A DNA stretch of 64,000 nucleotides from NCBI GenBank assembly GCA_012295275.1, contig CM022679.1, positions 9,362,001 through 9,426,000 of the forward strand. The letters are read 5' to 3'. Below the pieces are notes generated by a model. The model ran no database searches. It was not told where the DNA came from and saw nothing but the letters and a program-made list of their open reading frames with translations. Shown piece after piece: positions 1 to 34,951 of the stretch (positions are counted from its first letter, which is position 1; every line of letters starts with the position of its first letter). This stretch comes from Chrysomallon squamiferum. Lineage: Eukaryota; Animalia; Mollusca. The translations under genes and the position numbers were made by a program.

Positions 1-881
1 AATCACAAATTTATATTGACATACACACATATATATATATTAGATATGGTGCATATTATATTGTTATATCTCTATATTATATGATGATATTAGTGGACTC
101 AACATAGAGCATATTTACATCATGCATTCCAGACTTGGGGCAAACATATTTAAAACTGGGTTAAAATAATTGACAGTTTGTGCATGTTATCATAACAGAT
201 TTGTTTAGCTTGGCCAGTTCAAGGAAATGTTTTATAAACAATAGTTAAAAAAAATAATAATAATAAAAAAAATAACAAAAAGTTGTAGCTTTATTACTGC
301 AGGTTGTTTTGACCCATAACAAGTTTCATTTATATTATAAAATTAGTAATAATTATAATTTCTAGGTTTTTAAAATAAATAAATAAATAAATAAATAAAG
401 TTAATAAGTAAGTAAGTTAGTTAATTAGTTTGTAAGTTAGTTAGTTGGTAACTCAGTAAGTTTCTTACTTAGTAAATAAGTTAGTAAATGAGTAAGTTAG
501 TAAATTAGTAAGTAAAAATTGTAAAAATGAAATGTTAATATGTCAGCTGGAATGGTCAGTTGATTAACTCATAAGCTGATCATTTGAAATCAATCACAAG
601 AACTGGCCAAGTAATTGATTTTGTTCTCTCTCTCTCTTAAACATGTTTATTAATAATTTACACTCACAACACAAGTGTCCCTGGAGTAACCAGTCTCCAC
701 TAGCTGAGTGTTTTAATTGTGTTTGTTTTAAGTCAAAGAGAAATGTTAATAAACTAATTTCATACCTGTGTTTAGAAGATGCTATTGTACATTAAAACAG
801 TAGTTAATTTACAAGCATTAATAAACTCACAGTATCCTGATACTCATTAAGATGTATACATACATACATACATACACACAT

Positions 882-913
<32 letters not shown>

Positions 914-968
914 GCAAACACACACATATATATGTATAATACATGATGTATTTATATTGTTACATACA

Positions 969-1010
<42 letters not shown>

Positions 1011-2103
1011 GCATGTTCTTAAAATAACATTTAATGTTGAATGCTCATCATCTTCACTATCTAAGAAATATATAAACTTATTTTAAAGCAGCAAATAACT
1101 TTATAATATAATTTATTTTAAGAGAAGGAATAAACAATATTATTCTTAACTGATAAATATTGTTAAAACTTTAAATTATAACAGTGCCAGATTTGGGCTA
1201 CAGACATCTCTAGAGATTAAAGTGAAACGTTACTGCATTTTCTTTAACATTTTTTTTTTTTTTTTTTTTTTTCACCTTTTGAATATATTACTTAGAGTAT
1301 CCATATCTGACAGACCTACACAACCTTAATGCACTTAAAGATTATAATGATACATACTTGACTGCTAATCTTGACAAGGCGAATTCTTGTATATTTTTTA
1401 TTATTGATACAGTACACTTTTAATCTGGGCTGGCTGTTATTCGCTGAAGTAGATTAGAAATATTATCAAGACAGGCACTTGTTTTGTGGTCATATCTAGG
1501 GTAAGGGCAAGTAAGAAAAAAAAAAAAAATGCAGCCCACTGTTTGTTTGTGTAACAAGCTGTTGACATAGGTTGTTACAGGAAAGCTAGCTTGTTCCCTG
1601 TTTGTTGATAAGAGCTTGTAAAGCAGACTCGGATGGCAAATCTTTCTGTTGGCTTTTTTTGTTTGACTGGCTTTTCACACTCTGTCAGAAACTGTTGTAG
1701 CAAATTTGCTGTGGTTGACTGGATTCGTGTGAATTTGCTGTGGCTGAACTGAGATTTTTGCTTGTGTGAGAAAGGGAGAGTTAAGAGTGAGAGAATGTAT
1801 TGCCACACACGCAGATACATACACACACATATATTATCTGTTGTGTACATATACAAACACATATACAGATACACGTGTGTGTGTGTGTGTGTGTGTGTGT
1901 GCTTATGTATATGTATGTCTAATGCAGCATTTTTGCATTGTAATAAAGAAACAGGTGACAGAAATATTTCAAGAACTGATAAATGTCTACAACCTTGTGA
2001 TATTGAATATAGATAATGGTTGCATGATAATTATAGAATCATATTTTTAAGAAGTTTCAATATATGATGTGTGTATGTGTGTGTGCTTCACTCAAACAGA
2101 TGA

Positions 2104-2104
<1 letters not shown>

Positions 2105-2137
<33 letters not shown>

Positions 2138-2329
2138 GTAATTATAATAGTAATATAATAATAATAATAATAATAGTAAAAATAGTAATATAATAATAAT
2201 AATAATAATAATAATAGTAAAATAATAATAATAGTAGTAATAATAATAATAATAATAATATAATAATAAGAATAATAGTAAAAATAGTAAATGTTTAATA
2301 ATAATAGTAAAATAATAATAATAATAATC

Positions 2330-2365
<36 letters not shown>

Positions 2366-2404
2366 GTAAACTACTACTACTACTACTACTAATAATAATA
2401 ATAA
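2105..2404. repeat. (AAT)n microsatellite
   Basis: Direct reading. Confidence 0.95.
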
Positions 2405-2510
2405 TCTCTGTAACAATTAGACTATAAATGAAGCCTCTATAAATGAAGCTATATATGTTAAGAACCACCCACTAGAACAGAGAGATGACCGAATGTTGTT
2501 TTTCTTGCAG

Positions 2511-17727
<15,217 letters not shown>

Positions 17728-18702
17728 GAGTGTGCAGCTTAAAACAAGTTATGGGGGTTTGTTTGTTTGTTTGTTTGTGAGAAGAATGTTATACAGCCTG
17801 AACTTGGTTTTACTGAGCAGGGTGATCAAAGAGAGGGGATTTTTATTATTATTTTTATTATTTTTTTGTTTTTTATATATAAAAAAAAAAACATTGATTT
17901 CAAAGAGATGCATTGTCTGTCTGTCTGTCTGTTTTGTGTGCATGCGTGTGCATATATTTTAACTAAACTTGTTTCAGTGCCATAAGAAATGCAGGAATGA
18001 AATAAAAATCAAACAAAATGTGAAGAAAATTATATAATGAGCTGATAACAGTGTAAAAAAAAAAAAAAAAAATAATAAAAAAACAAAGTGATTTGTACCT
18101 TAACCAAAAGGAGAAAAATGACTTCAAGTTGAACAAAACAATGAACTGGATAAAACAGGACTCAGTGGTTATCTGATTGGTAAATAAAATTTACCAAGAA
18201 TTTCACAGACTGGATTATGTCAATTAATAATGAAGAAAATATAATAATGAAAAACAACATTATTGGCAAACAAAAACAAAAACAGAAGATTTTTGTCTGC
18301 TGCTCAATTTTCTTAAAAAAAACAAATGTAGGTGATTAAAAAACAAAACAAAACAAAACAAACACGTTCTCAGGATGGATTCGAGTTCTTCAGAAAATAT
18401 CTGATATTCTTAACAAGTTCACAAGTCTTTTTTTTTTTTTTTTCTTTGCAAGCAGCTTTCCACATTGTTTGTGTGTCCACAACAAGAAACACTTTTCAAG
18501 TGATGGAACTGAAGAAAAACAATCCCTGTTTTGTGACATTGACAAAAGCACACAAGAAAAACATACAGGTTTTTATAATAACAAAAGACATTAACGTAAT
18601 GTTAAAATTTTTAAAAAATATATATATATATATATTTATCATTTTGTAAAAAAAAAAAAAAAATATTTTTTATTTGCTTTGTAAAATGGTGATGTTTGAT
18701 GG

Positions 18703-18737
<35 letters not shown>

Positions 18738-19119
18738 TATTTTTTATTTTTTTTTTATTATTTTTTTTTTAAATAAAGGCACAGACGTCCCAATCCTATG
18801 CAAACGTAATAGGTTTATTTAGTTTATTTATTTATTTGTCTGTGCTTGTATAGTGGTACACAAGGTAGTACACATTGTGATCAGTTTGTGTGAGCTAACT
18901 GTGATAGTTGATGTTTACATGTCTGTTATACATGTAGACATATCAAATATATATAATTGCTTATGCAGTATTTGAGGTAGTTAAAAAAGAAAAAAACAAA
19001 AGTACAGAGATCCAAAGCTATATATACTGAAATGTGAAAACGGCAGTATTTAATATTTAAATCCTTTTACTGTTACTTATAATATTATTGTTGACATATA
19101 TTAACATTACATTATATTA

Positions 19120-19184
<65 letters not shown>

Positions 19185-19259
19185 TTTTTATTATTGTGGT
19201 TGTTTTCTTTATTATTATTGTTATAGTTATTCTTATTAATGTTATTGTTATTATTGTTA

Positions 19260-19300
<41 letters not shown>

Positions 19301-19646
19301 TTATTAAATATAGAAATAAAAAAGATAATCTTAATTTATAAAATCAATTATTAATACTAAAATTTTAAGACTAAAAACTTATTTTAACAAAGTCTAATTC
19401 CTGTGTGTGGTAAATGGTTGATGGGAAATTTGAGTGGTGTTTGGATTTGTCACAACTGAAGAAAAATTAAAATAAATAAATAAATAAGATACTGATTATA
19501 TGAAAATGAATAAGACAATTACATGATAAATGAAATTTTGTTTTTGTTTTTAGCTATTATTATTATTATTATTATTATTATTTATTATTACTATTTATTA
19601 TTACTATTACTACTATTACTATTATTATTATTGCTATTACTATTAC

Positions 19647-19683
<37 letters not shown>

Positions 19684-20644
19684 TATTATTGATATTGATA
19701 TTATTTGTTATTGCAAATAGGAGCTATTTTAAAAAATAATACTTCAAACAGTTATTATTTATACTTGATAGATTTCCTGTTGATATTTTTTTTTTCAGCT
19801 AAAACAACTGAAATGATAACTCTCCCCAAAGAGATGAGAATAATGGTTGTAAATATTTTAAGTTTAAACAATAAAATAAATCTCACAATGTCTATTGGTA
19901 TGAGGAGATCTCAGTTCACATTCCCAAAGAGGTTTCAGAAATAATATTTCATGCGGTATTGGTTACTAATAAATGTAAAATCTCAGTTTCAATTTTTTTT
20001 ACTTTTCTACCCCACGTTTCAGTGCCATTTATAAAATACAGCTGAAGATGCACATTCCAGTTTGCTTTCTCTGTTGGTGGTCTATGTTGTTGTTGTTGTT
20101 GTTGATGTTGTCGTGTTGTTGTGGCTTTCTTTTCTTTTTTTAATTTAATTATTATTATGTGTATCTGTGTGGATGAGTATGATTTGGTATTATTCATCGT
20201 TAGACTTATGAATGCTTGTTAAATTATCATTAATACAGTTTTTAAATACATACTTGTTTAAATTTAAATAATCATCTGATATTATTTTACTATCATATCT
20301 GCTTGCCATTTTGTCCTTAAATTTTTAAAAGTAAAATTCAGGGCATTTTTACTGGGATTTTCTTTTTTTTTTTTTTTTTTAATTTTCAAAACTAAGTTGA
20401 TACTAGTGTTAGTATTTAACAGTCGTGCATCAAATTGTATTTATTTTAGCTAATGTCACATCTTCATCTGTGCCATTATATTTATGAGCAAGGACTGGAT
20501 ATTTTTGTGTATTAAAATAGCTTTCTTTGCTTCAACAAACATCAGCTGTGATTTTAATTCATATCTTTGAGCACATAGAGAATATTTTATAAACATGCTG
20601 TTATTTTTTTTCTGGTTATGAACTTGTTAAATAATTACACTAAT

Positions 20645-20900
20645 TAAATTAAATATATTGTACATGTCATATGAACATATTAAATATATTGTCTGTGACA
20701 CATGAACATATTAAATATATTGTCTGTGTCATATGTACTTATTAAATTTATTTTTTTGTGTCATGAAAACATTAAATACCATATCTGTGTCATACAGACA
20801 TATTAAATATATTGTTGTCTGTGACATATAAACATATTAAATATACTACATATGAAATATGAACATATTAAGAATATACTGTCATATGAACAGATTAAAT
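20645..20900. repeat. Degenerate minisatellite, about 30-33 bp unit
   Basis: Recurring GAACATATTAAATATATTGTCTGTGTCATAT. Confidence 0.8.
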
Positions 20901-22102
20901 TTAGTAAGTTAAGACACATTTGGCAAGTTTGTGTGAAGATATAGTTTTTATTATGTGAAGATTAAATTATTTTTATACTGTACATATAATAATTTAATTA
21001 ATCAGTTTCTAACTTACAAACTATGTTTTGTAAACACTTTAAATTTATAGAGAAAGAGAAAAAACAAAGAGTGATATTTTATAATTAAAATTTATGAGCT
21101 TGTTAATAGGAATAAAATTAAGAACATACTTTTCTGAAAAGATGCATTTTTGAATTCATTTTGAAAGTATTTAAAATTACAAATATACCTTTCTAAAAAT
21201 GTACATTTTCTAATTTATTTTTTTAAATTATTATTTTCATTTGAACTGGTTCTATATCTAAACCAGTTTTTCCATATTGAAAATGATGTTACAGTAAAGT
21301 TTTACTGATTCATTGATAGTTTTTGCCTGTTAAGATGGCATTATAGAATGAGAAAAATTTTTTAAAAGTTTAAACTTGCTTAAAGATTACAAGTGAAATA
21401 CTACAATTTTGTTATTAGTGTATTTATTATAGGTTGCTACTGTTGAAAAACAAAGCAAAACAAAATAACAGGGTTTTTTTTTTTTTTTTTTTTCATTATA
21501 CATATCCTTACCAAATACATGTCTGGTTGAAACAGAGGCCCTATAACAACATATTATAAATTATTGATTTAAAATATAATTTAGGAAATTTCATTTAAAA
21601 ACCCCATTCTTCTTGTCCTCACTATTTTACAGTTTTAACTTGTTTAAAGACCGTCCATTTTCTGCAGTGTGGCCTTCCTATGTTTCACATATGTATATAT
21701 ATATATATATTTTAAAAAACCCAGACACATACATACATACGTATATATGTATGTGTGTTCTTTCTATAAGCTGAATATTTTCTTAAACATTTATAAATTT
21801 TACCCATGCAGCATGTGAAAATTGAAACTGTGCATTCCAAGTTTTTGTTTAGGAAAAATAGTGATTTACTGAGGTTTAATTTTTATAAAGTCATTACATC
21901 TTGTATCATGTTTTATATCTGTGTATACTGTTAATTTGTCATATTTTTATTAAATATTTGTCCCTGTTATTTAAATTCAGTTGTAACCCAATTTCTGGGT
22001 AAAATAAATAAATTGAAAAGACACAAAAGAAAACAGTACCCTATACATTTCAAAACGAAAATACATTCCAGTGTTTACAGTGATGTTTTAATGCTACCAC
22101 TG

Positions 22103-22159
<57 letters not shown>

Positions 22160-22395
22160 GTTATTGTTATTAAATAATATTTTTAAGTTGCATCAGGATG
22201 CATGAATATACTGTGCCTCAGAAATGATTTAAATAAACATCAGTAATAGAATTATTGTCCAAAAATGTTTTTTTAAGTAAATAGCTTTTTTATATGTATG
22301 TCTAGGTCCAGTTTATTTCTTATTTGAAAATCATGAATTTGTTATGGAAAACAAAATTGAAACACAATTTACTATGATCTTGTGGTTTCTTATTT

Positions 22396-22461
<66 letters not shown>

Positions 22462-22679
22462 TAATGTGTGTTTGTTTTTGATGAAAGCATCAGTTGCTGG
22501 TCTCCGTTTCTGTACACAAAGACTGATGTGTTATCAACTTAAACAGAACAGAAATTAATTTTGTTATTAATACTCAATGGAAAATAAATTTGTAAAGAAC
22601 GCTAGTTTGAGATTCTGTTTTGATATTTTCTTTTCTTTCATTCAGTCATTCTGTTCTGTTCTATTCTGTTCCATTTCAT

Positions 22680-22900
22680 TTCATTTTATTTTATTTTAAT
22701 TTATTTCATTTTAATTTATTTTATTATTTAATATTATATTATATTATATTATATTATATTATATTATATTATATTATATTATTTTATATTCTATTATATT
22801 ATATTATATTATATTATTTATTTTATCTTGTATTATATTATATTATATTATATTATTTTATATTATATTATATTACACTATTTTATTTTATTTTATTTTT
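22680..22900. repeat. (TTATA)n/(TTTTA)n pentamer microsatellite
   Basis: Direct reading. Confidence 0.9.
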
Positions 22901-23900
22901 TTAAATTTTATTATTATTCATTGTTGTTGCTTTTTTCTAAATTACTCCTTTAAAAGATACACAAAAACGTTTTATTTAATTATCATTGAAAACAACAGAA
23001 CAGAAAATGTCAAATGAATATATATGCTTTACATCCAGTGTCCAAAAATACCATGCAATTCCTGGTTTCTTAGAGACATTTTCACTATCATCACCTGTCT
23101 CAGAAATGAGATCCTATTAGCTTCATCTCTTAAATGAATATCTTTATTTTACATCCAGTGTTTAAAAATAATATAAAAGATATTCTGTATATTTACCATC
23201 GTCTTTAATGGGTGCTGGTGTTCTTTGATGGGTTTTTAAAAAGATAGGTTAAATACATTTTGTATGCTTTTTAGGTATTACATCATTAAAATAATAATAA
23301 TATTTAGTAAATATATAAGTAAGTAACTAAAAATTAAATAAATTAATATAAATAAATAAATAAATAACAATTATCATACTTTGATATATCAGTGGTCCAA
23401 AATATGAAAACAAGAAAAAAGAAATATTTATCTGAAAATATTTTCTATTGAACAACTGAAAGTCTATAGTTACACTATCATTGTACAGATATGGTTTTGT
23501 TATCCAAAAACAGAAGAGTAATTTGCAAATATATTAATGTTTAATTCAAGTATCAATAATTTGAGAATCTTATTTGTAAAATACTTAATAAAAATCATTG
23601 CATAGGTTAATACATTTTAAAGACTTCAATATGAAAACAAAGGCCATTGTTTTTCAAAATGTATTTTGTTTTATTTCTGATCAAAAGAAAGTATGTAGTT
23701 TTTACACTGTGAATTGGTTTTAATACCTGGAATAAATGAAAGTGATGTTAAGTTTATCCACACACCTAACATCACCTTGCACATTTTAAATGTAATGGAC
23801 AGATAGTTCATGATTATATAGCCCATGGCCAAAAAACCAATAAAATGTGTGAATGGGTCACTTTGGATTGGGTCTGATTTGGGTAGGACTGGATGTGATT

Positions 23901-23928
23901 TGGGCTGGGCTGGGCTGGGCTGGGCTGG
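23901..23928 (+). repeat. (TGGGC)5 pentamer repeat, G-quadruplex-capable
   Basis: tgggctgggctgggctgggctgggctgg within a longer degenerate G-rich pentamer tract (about 23845-23990). Confidence 0.8.
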
Positions 23929-24137
23929 TTTCATTAGGGTTTGGTTTCTTTTGCTTGGGTTGGTTGGTTCTGATTGATTGATGGTGATGGTGAATACAAT
24001 AATTTAAAATCTGTTCCTTTTTCATTATTATTATTTCTTTGGCGAATTAGCTGTAGGATGTTCACAGACGAATCACGACGTGTGGGGTGTCACGTTACGC
24101 CTATAACTCTGACTCATAATAATGCGGATACGTAATA

Positions 24138-24490
24138 CAGGTACCGGACCAATTATCCGGACTCCTTCGGGCCTGAGACATTCCGGATTTCTGGATTTTC
24201 CGGTTTTACGGCACCAAGGCATCTAAATACGTAAATAATTTGACATAAACATTTTAAAATTAAAAACATAAAGAAAATTGACGATGCACAACTTTGGCGA
24301 CTCGACAGGTAAACACTGCGGCGAGTGAATGAATGTCACGCGGCTTGAAAGAGTAGTTCCGGTCTGGTGAAGACAACACCCGCGCGCGCGCGAAATAGGA
24401 AAATAGCGTCTTTAAAAAAAAAAAAAAAAAACATCCGGTTTTCTGGGGTTTTCCGGATTTCAGGACGCCGGATAATTGGTCCGGTACCTG
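24138..24490. mobile_element. Non-autonomous Tc1/mariner (pogo/Tigger-like) MITE, 353 bp
   Basis: Perfect 23-bp TIRs CAGGTACCGGACCAATTATCCGG / CCGGATAATTGGTCCGGTACCTG; TA target duplication at 24136-24137 and 24491-24492; subterminal TTCCGGATTT-like repeats; no transposase ORF. Confidence 0.92.
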
Positions 24491-25439
24491 TAATGCTTGG
24501 CTACTTAAATTCTACGGACGACATTGTACAAAATGTCCTTGATCCTTCAAAATGAGCTCGGTTGATTTCGGTGATTTAATCAATGAAGGTGAAGGGTCAC
24601 ATGCAGTATTTGGTGACGTGAGATTGTTCAACTTGTTTCATTTCTGTACATTAATGAAAATGTGAAGATATCAGGGATTTTTTTGATTTTTGTGGGGGGA
24701 CCGTTGTTTTGATGTTGGCTTAATGTTGGGATATTTACAATGAAAAGAAGATATATAGTCAACTGTTTTAACATCCTTCGTTCTAGGAATGTTAAACTGC
24801 AGCCCATCCATTCTGTTTCAGACAAACTGGAAATGACGCACCAGAATTTAAACTGGGTTTTCATTGCTTAGATAATCTATGACGTTTCAGGACCATAAAG
24901 AAAACGACTGCTGCTCGACTTGTTACAAATAAAACCGTCCAGGAATGTTCCCCAGCGACAGGTAGATAAACATTCAAACCCGCTAAACAAAACACTACGT
25001 CTAGAATAATTATCTGTTACTGAAACATGCTTAACTGAATGTCCAAGAATACACGAGATATTGACACATTTCCGAAGTGCTTTTCAGTAACTTTGTCACC
25101 AGACTTTCCACTGCTTTTGGTAAATTCTGTAAACAGTACGATTAACGACTAACAGTACATCTTAAATGAAGTTGCATGTCCAGCTTTTCTGTAAATATAC
25201 TATCTGATTTTAATTTTTTTGAGAGGTAAACGGTAACAGCACGATTAAAAATACATTTCAAATGAAGTTTTAATATATATATATATATATAATTTTTTTT
25301 TTCTTCAGTTTCCTTTGTATAGCAATCGAAGGCAATGTCTACTTCATTTTAATTATTAATATACTATTCTTTTCTTCTTAGATATATATATATATATATT
25401 TAATTTTTTTTTAATTCTAAATATTTTATTTTTTTAATC

Positions 25440-30293
<4,854 letters not shown>

Positions 30294-30356
30294 GATGGAT
30301 CCGTCGACCTAAAATAATGATAAATATAAATATAAATTATTATTATTATTATTATT

Positions 30357-30392
<36 letters not shown>

Positions 30393-30448
30393 GACGTTGT
30401 TACTATTTCCGAAGAGACTGAAGAATTTTAAAACTAGAAGTGGCGCTA

Positions 30449-30480
<32 letters not shown>

Positions 30481-30976
30481 ATTTTGAAAGTTATTTAATT
30501 TTTCTGAGAAATGTAGATTAGTAAATACAGCTGTTTTAATCTGAAGTAATGTTTCGCTGCTATACGAACTACAGTTTAGACAATTCAGCCGTTTTATTTT
30601 GAGTAATATTTTGTTTATTCTCCGATCTGTAGATTGGAAACCTGAGCCGTTTTATTTCCGAGCAAACTTTCTGAATAGTTCTTTTTGATATCATATAAAT
30701 TGTTTGTTAGAGGATACATCGGTTTTATTTTCCCTCTCAGCTAACTTATTGTTGTATTTTTGCGAAGAAGGGCGTCGTTATTGCTGTATTTTTTGTTTTC
30801 GTGGTTTTAACGAGTAGCTTTTGTTGCAGTAATTTCATGGATACGGCGACATCCTCGGCATAATATATACAACAGCAGCAACTGTTCCCGTGTTTCGGGG
30901 TCAGAAGATTTACAACTAAAACGTATCAGTTGGAATAGCCATACCAAGATGAATCTCTCTTTAAAACATCAATGAA

Positions 30977-31009
<33 letters not shown>

Positions 31010-31625
31010 TAGTGGTGGTGGTGGTGGTGGTTGTAATAGTAGCAGTAGTGTTAGTAGTAATGTGAGGGGTAGTATAGTAGTAGAAGCAGAAGCAAGTAGT
31101 AGAAGTAGTAGTTGTAGTAGCTGTTGTTACACATTATAAAAGTAGCATTGGTGCTATTGTCGTGGTAGCAGTTGCAGTAATAATAGAGTGTTTTGTGGTG
31201 CATAATAGCAGCAGTAATGACGGTATGGTTGTGGCCGAAGCGGTAATAATAACAATTGTATTATTACCGACAGCAGCTGTAGTAGTAGTTGCAGTAATTG
31301 CTGTGGTAGTGGTTGTAGTAGTAACATTGAACTAGAGGTCGTGGAAGAAGTGGTAATAATGTGCTAAAGGTAGTAGCAGTAGTAATATTGTAGTAAAGGT
31401 AGTAGCAGTAGTAATATTGCAGTAATAGTAGTAGCAGTAGTAATATTGTAGTAAAGGTAGTAGCAGTAGTAATAATATAGTAGTTAAGATAGTAGGAGTA
31501 GTAATACTGCACTAATAGTAGCGTTGTTGTGGTAGTGGTAGTTGTAGTAATAGTAATATTGTTTCGTAGTAGAAATAACAGCAGTAACAGTGATAGCTAT
31601 AGCAATGAGTTGTAGTAATAACAGT
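30977..31625. repeat. Degenerate (AGT/AGC/TGG)n low-complexity tract
   Basis: Direct reading. Confidence 0.9.
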
Positions 31626-32134
31626 AAAGAAAGATTCCTCAGAAACTAATCCTGAACAAAAGTTTCACCGACGATTCAAAGGATTTCTGTTACATCCTTG
31701 CATTACGGTTCACCTGACTGTCACACAAAAAAGGCATTCATTGAATAAAAAAAAGATGTCCGTCGTGCGCTAGTTACTGATAAATGTCAGATGAAATTGT
31801 AGATGAATCACCGTTTTTTGAAAACTAAATGTCACACGTTTTAGGATGCTCAGAGGACAGAAATGTCTGTGTCAGTTCGGAGCAGCGTCAGTAAGTCCCG
31901 TGGAAGCCGATATGATTTTATTTTATTTTTTATTTTTTTTTAAACCAAAAGCTGCTGGTATCTTGTCGTACAGTGAGACAGACAGAGGGAATTTCGTGTG
32001 GGTGTAAGAAAGGGAACTGCATTAGGGTGCTAGTTTGTTGACGGTTAGGTCTAAGTTACTGTCCATACAAAATGTCGGGTTACTTAATCTGGCGCTGAAT
32101 GAGTGAGTATATGTGGGACGGGGTGGGGGGTGAG

Positions 32135-32410
32135 TGGGTGTCTGTGTGTGTGTGTGTGTATCTACGTATGTATGTGTGAACGTTTATGTGCATGTATGCA
32201 TATATGTATATGTATGTATGAATGTTAGTATGTATGTATGTATGTATGTGTGCATGTATGTTTGTATGTATGTTTGTATGTGTGTGTATGTATGTATGTT
32301 AGTATGTATGTGTATGTATGTATGTATGTATGTATGTTTGTTTGTATGTACGTATGTATGTTTGTATGTATGTTTGTTTGTATGTATGTATGTATGTATG
32401 TTTGTTTGTA
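32135..32410. repeat. (TATG)n microsatellite
   Basis: Direct reading; similar block at about 34590-35050. Confidence 0.9.
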
Positions 32411-33253
32411 GGTAAGTTTGTACACGCGTACTCGTTATACACAGGTGTGTGTTGATTGCCTGGATTACCGGTAATACACAGATAGTTGGCACAATAATAA
32501 TAACATGGTTTTCAAAGCAGCTACTAATCTTTTCTCTGATGTTGCTCCTTATATTAAACTGCGTGCCAAATGCACACGCAAAACAAACACAGTGCACACA
32601 TATACAGAAAGAGAATGAAAGAGAGAAAGAAAAAATAAAATAATGTTTCTAATTCCACTAATTAATATGAATGTATAAAGTGCTTATACGTTCTAAATAT
32701 TATTATTATTATTATTATTATTATATGCTTAAAATTATTATGATTATTTTTGTTTTAATTATTTTTATTATTATTATTATTATTATTATGCAACATTTAA
32801 ATAACTCTAGCTTTAATCACAGATTTCTATGGATTTTACCAAAAACGCTGTAAGAAATATTGTTTATGAGAATAGGAATTATTGCCAAAAAATGAAATAA
32901 TGATTTATATCCATTTTTTTTTTTAAAAAACTGAATTTATAACCATAAATTGGAACTGTCACAGACGAAATAAAATAAGATCTGAAAAAAAAAAAGAAAA
33001 AAGTAGGATTTAAACACCTAAAAAAAAAAAAAAACGTAAAAAGAATGATTTCACAGATATTTCATAGGGTACTCTGGGGGTGGGGACGAAGACCGCCATA
33101 AACTAGAAACTGGATATCTGTCAGCACTGAAGGAGAAGAAAGTTCAAAGCAGATGCAAATCATGGAGGAATGTCATTTCTCTTTTCATAACAGTGGTAAT
33201 GTGCAATAATAATAAATAAATAAATATATAAAACTTACGAGAGGTCTGGTAAC

Positions 33254-33284
<31 letters not shown>

Positions 33285-33308
33285 CGAAAAGCTCATATTT
33301 AAAAACTG

Positions 33309-33346
<38 letters not shown>

Positions 33347-33585
33347 ATAAATAAATAATAATAATTATGAAAATAAAATAAAAGAAGAAGTTGGAGAAAA
33401 ATCACCTTCAGGTTTTTTTTAATAATCACACCGAAGGAAGTTGCATTTGTTAACACAGTTACACCAGCCTCTGTTGAATTTGCTGATCAAGAAGCAGAAT
33501 TTCCATTCACTGTGTGGTTCTGACATTTTCGCACGCATACAGTGATATAACAATTTTTTTGTGTTTTTTTTTGTCTTATGCGCAA

Positions 33586-33698
<113 letters not shown>

Positions 33699-33842
33699 AC
33701 ATGTACTCTGTTGGTGGATTTCGAAGTTTGGCTACATCACGGTTACTTTAACAGTAATAACTTACGTTATGTCGAATATTCGTTTTTCCTAAACCAAACA
33801 CGCATTACGGTATTAAAGCAATAAAAATGTGATAAAACTTAC

Positions 33843-33975
33843 CTGTGTCACACTAGATGAATCCTCCGCGGACTTGTGAAAGACAAATAAACAATGTTGT
33901 TTCGTTTCATTCTTTAGCTACAAAGCTAAGTCGGTGAAGCTCAAAATACGCATGCTCAGCTAGTATTTTAATATG
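33843..33975 (-). promoter_or_regulatory. Candidate promoter and non-coding first exon of the SLC5A7-like gene
   Basis: Consensus CAG|GTAAGT donor on - at 33843/33842, with a TATTAAAA TATA-like box about 125 nt upstream; the ATG exon has its own acceptor, so a 5'UTR exon is expected. Confidence 0.4.
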
Positions 33976-34257
33976 GGGAACACCACCACACAAAATGTTG
34001 TACGCAAAATAAAAAAAATAAAAAAAATAAAAAATAAAAATAAAATACGTTAGGAGGCAGGCAATATTTATTAAGTTCGTTGTGAGAAAGGAAACAAAAT
34101 GCCAGTGATCAGTATATAATTATGTATGTAGAGTTTATGTAAACAAAACAACAACAACAACAATAACAACCAACTTCAGTGTATGCTAACTGTGTTTAAA
34201 GTGACACGATAAAGTCCCTCGATTCAGTTGAAAATGTTACTGAAAACAGCAGCAGGC

Positions 34258-34348
<91 letters not shown>

Positions 34349-34591
34349 CTACAGATGACCAACATCCTAAGTGTGATTTGAAATGCGCTGGTATAATATA
34401 GACGCACTCTATAGTGTATCCAGTCATAAATTAGTATTAAAAATAAATTTCAGAAATCAGAGTCTAATTTGGCAGGAAGCAAATTAAAACTGCATTTGGA
34501 AACGCTCATCAAATGCTAGCATTGTTCTTCCTCTTCTCAGTAATCTTTATTTTCGAGTCAATGAAACATTTTTCATACATCTCATTGAACA

Positions 34592-34663
<72 letters not shown>

Positions 34664-34919
34664 GTGTATGTGTGTATGTGTGTGTGTATGTATGTATGTA
34701 TGTATGTATGTATGTATGTATGTGTATGTATGTATGTATGTATGTATGTATGTATGTATGTATGTGTGTATGTAAGCAGATTTTGTACGGACGTGAATGG
34801 GTAGGTATTTTTGTATGTATGTGTCCATGTATAGGTGTATGTGTGTGTTGTATATATATATGTATGCTGTATTTGTTTGTTTCTTACATATTCATACATA
34901 AAAACATGTATATATATAC

Positions 34920-34951
<32 letters not shown>

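Noticed and set aside
1420-1795. Complex, less AT-rich stretch with donor-like GG|GTAAGG at about 1501, possibly an alternative FIP first exon
   Set aside because: I could not establish a convincing start codon, acceptor or frame link to the exon at 2511.
1575-2416. ORFs rich in Y/I/L/CV runs here and at 12765-13257, 19088-19720, 32134-32597, 34513-35138 and 38148-38499
   Set aside because: They are translations of (AAT)n, (TG)n, (TATG)n and (ATTT)n microsatellites, not genes.
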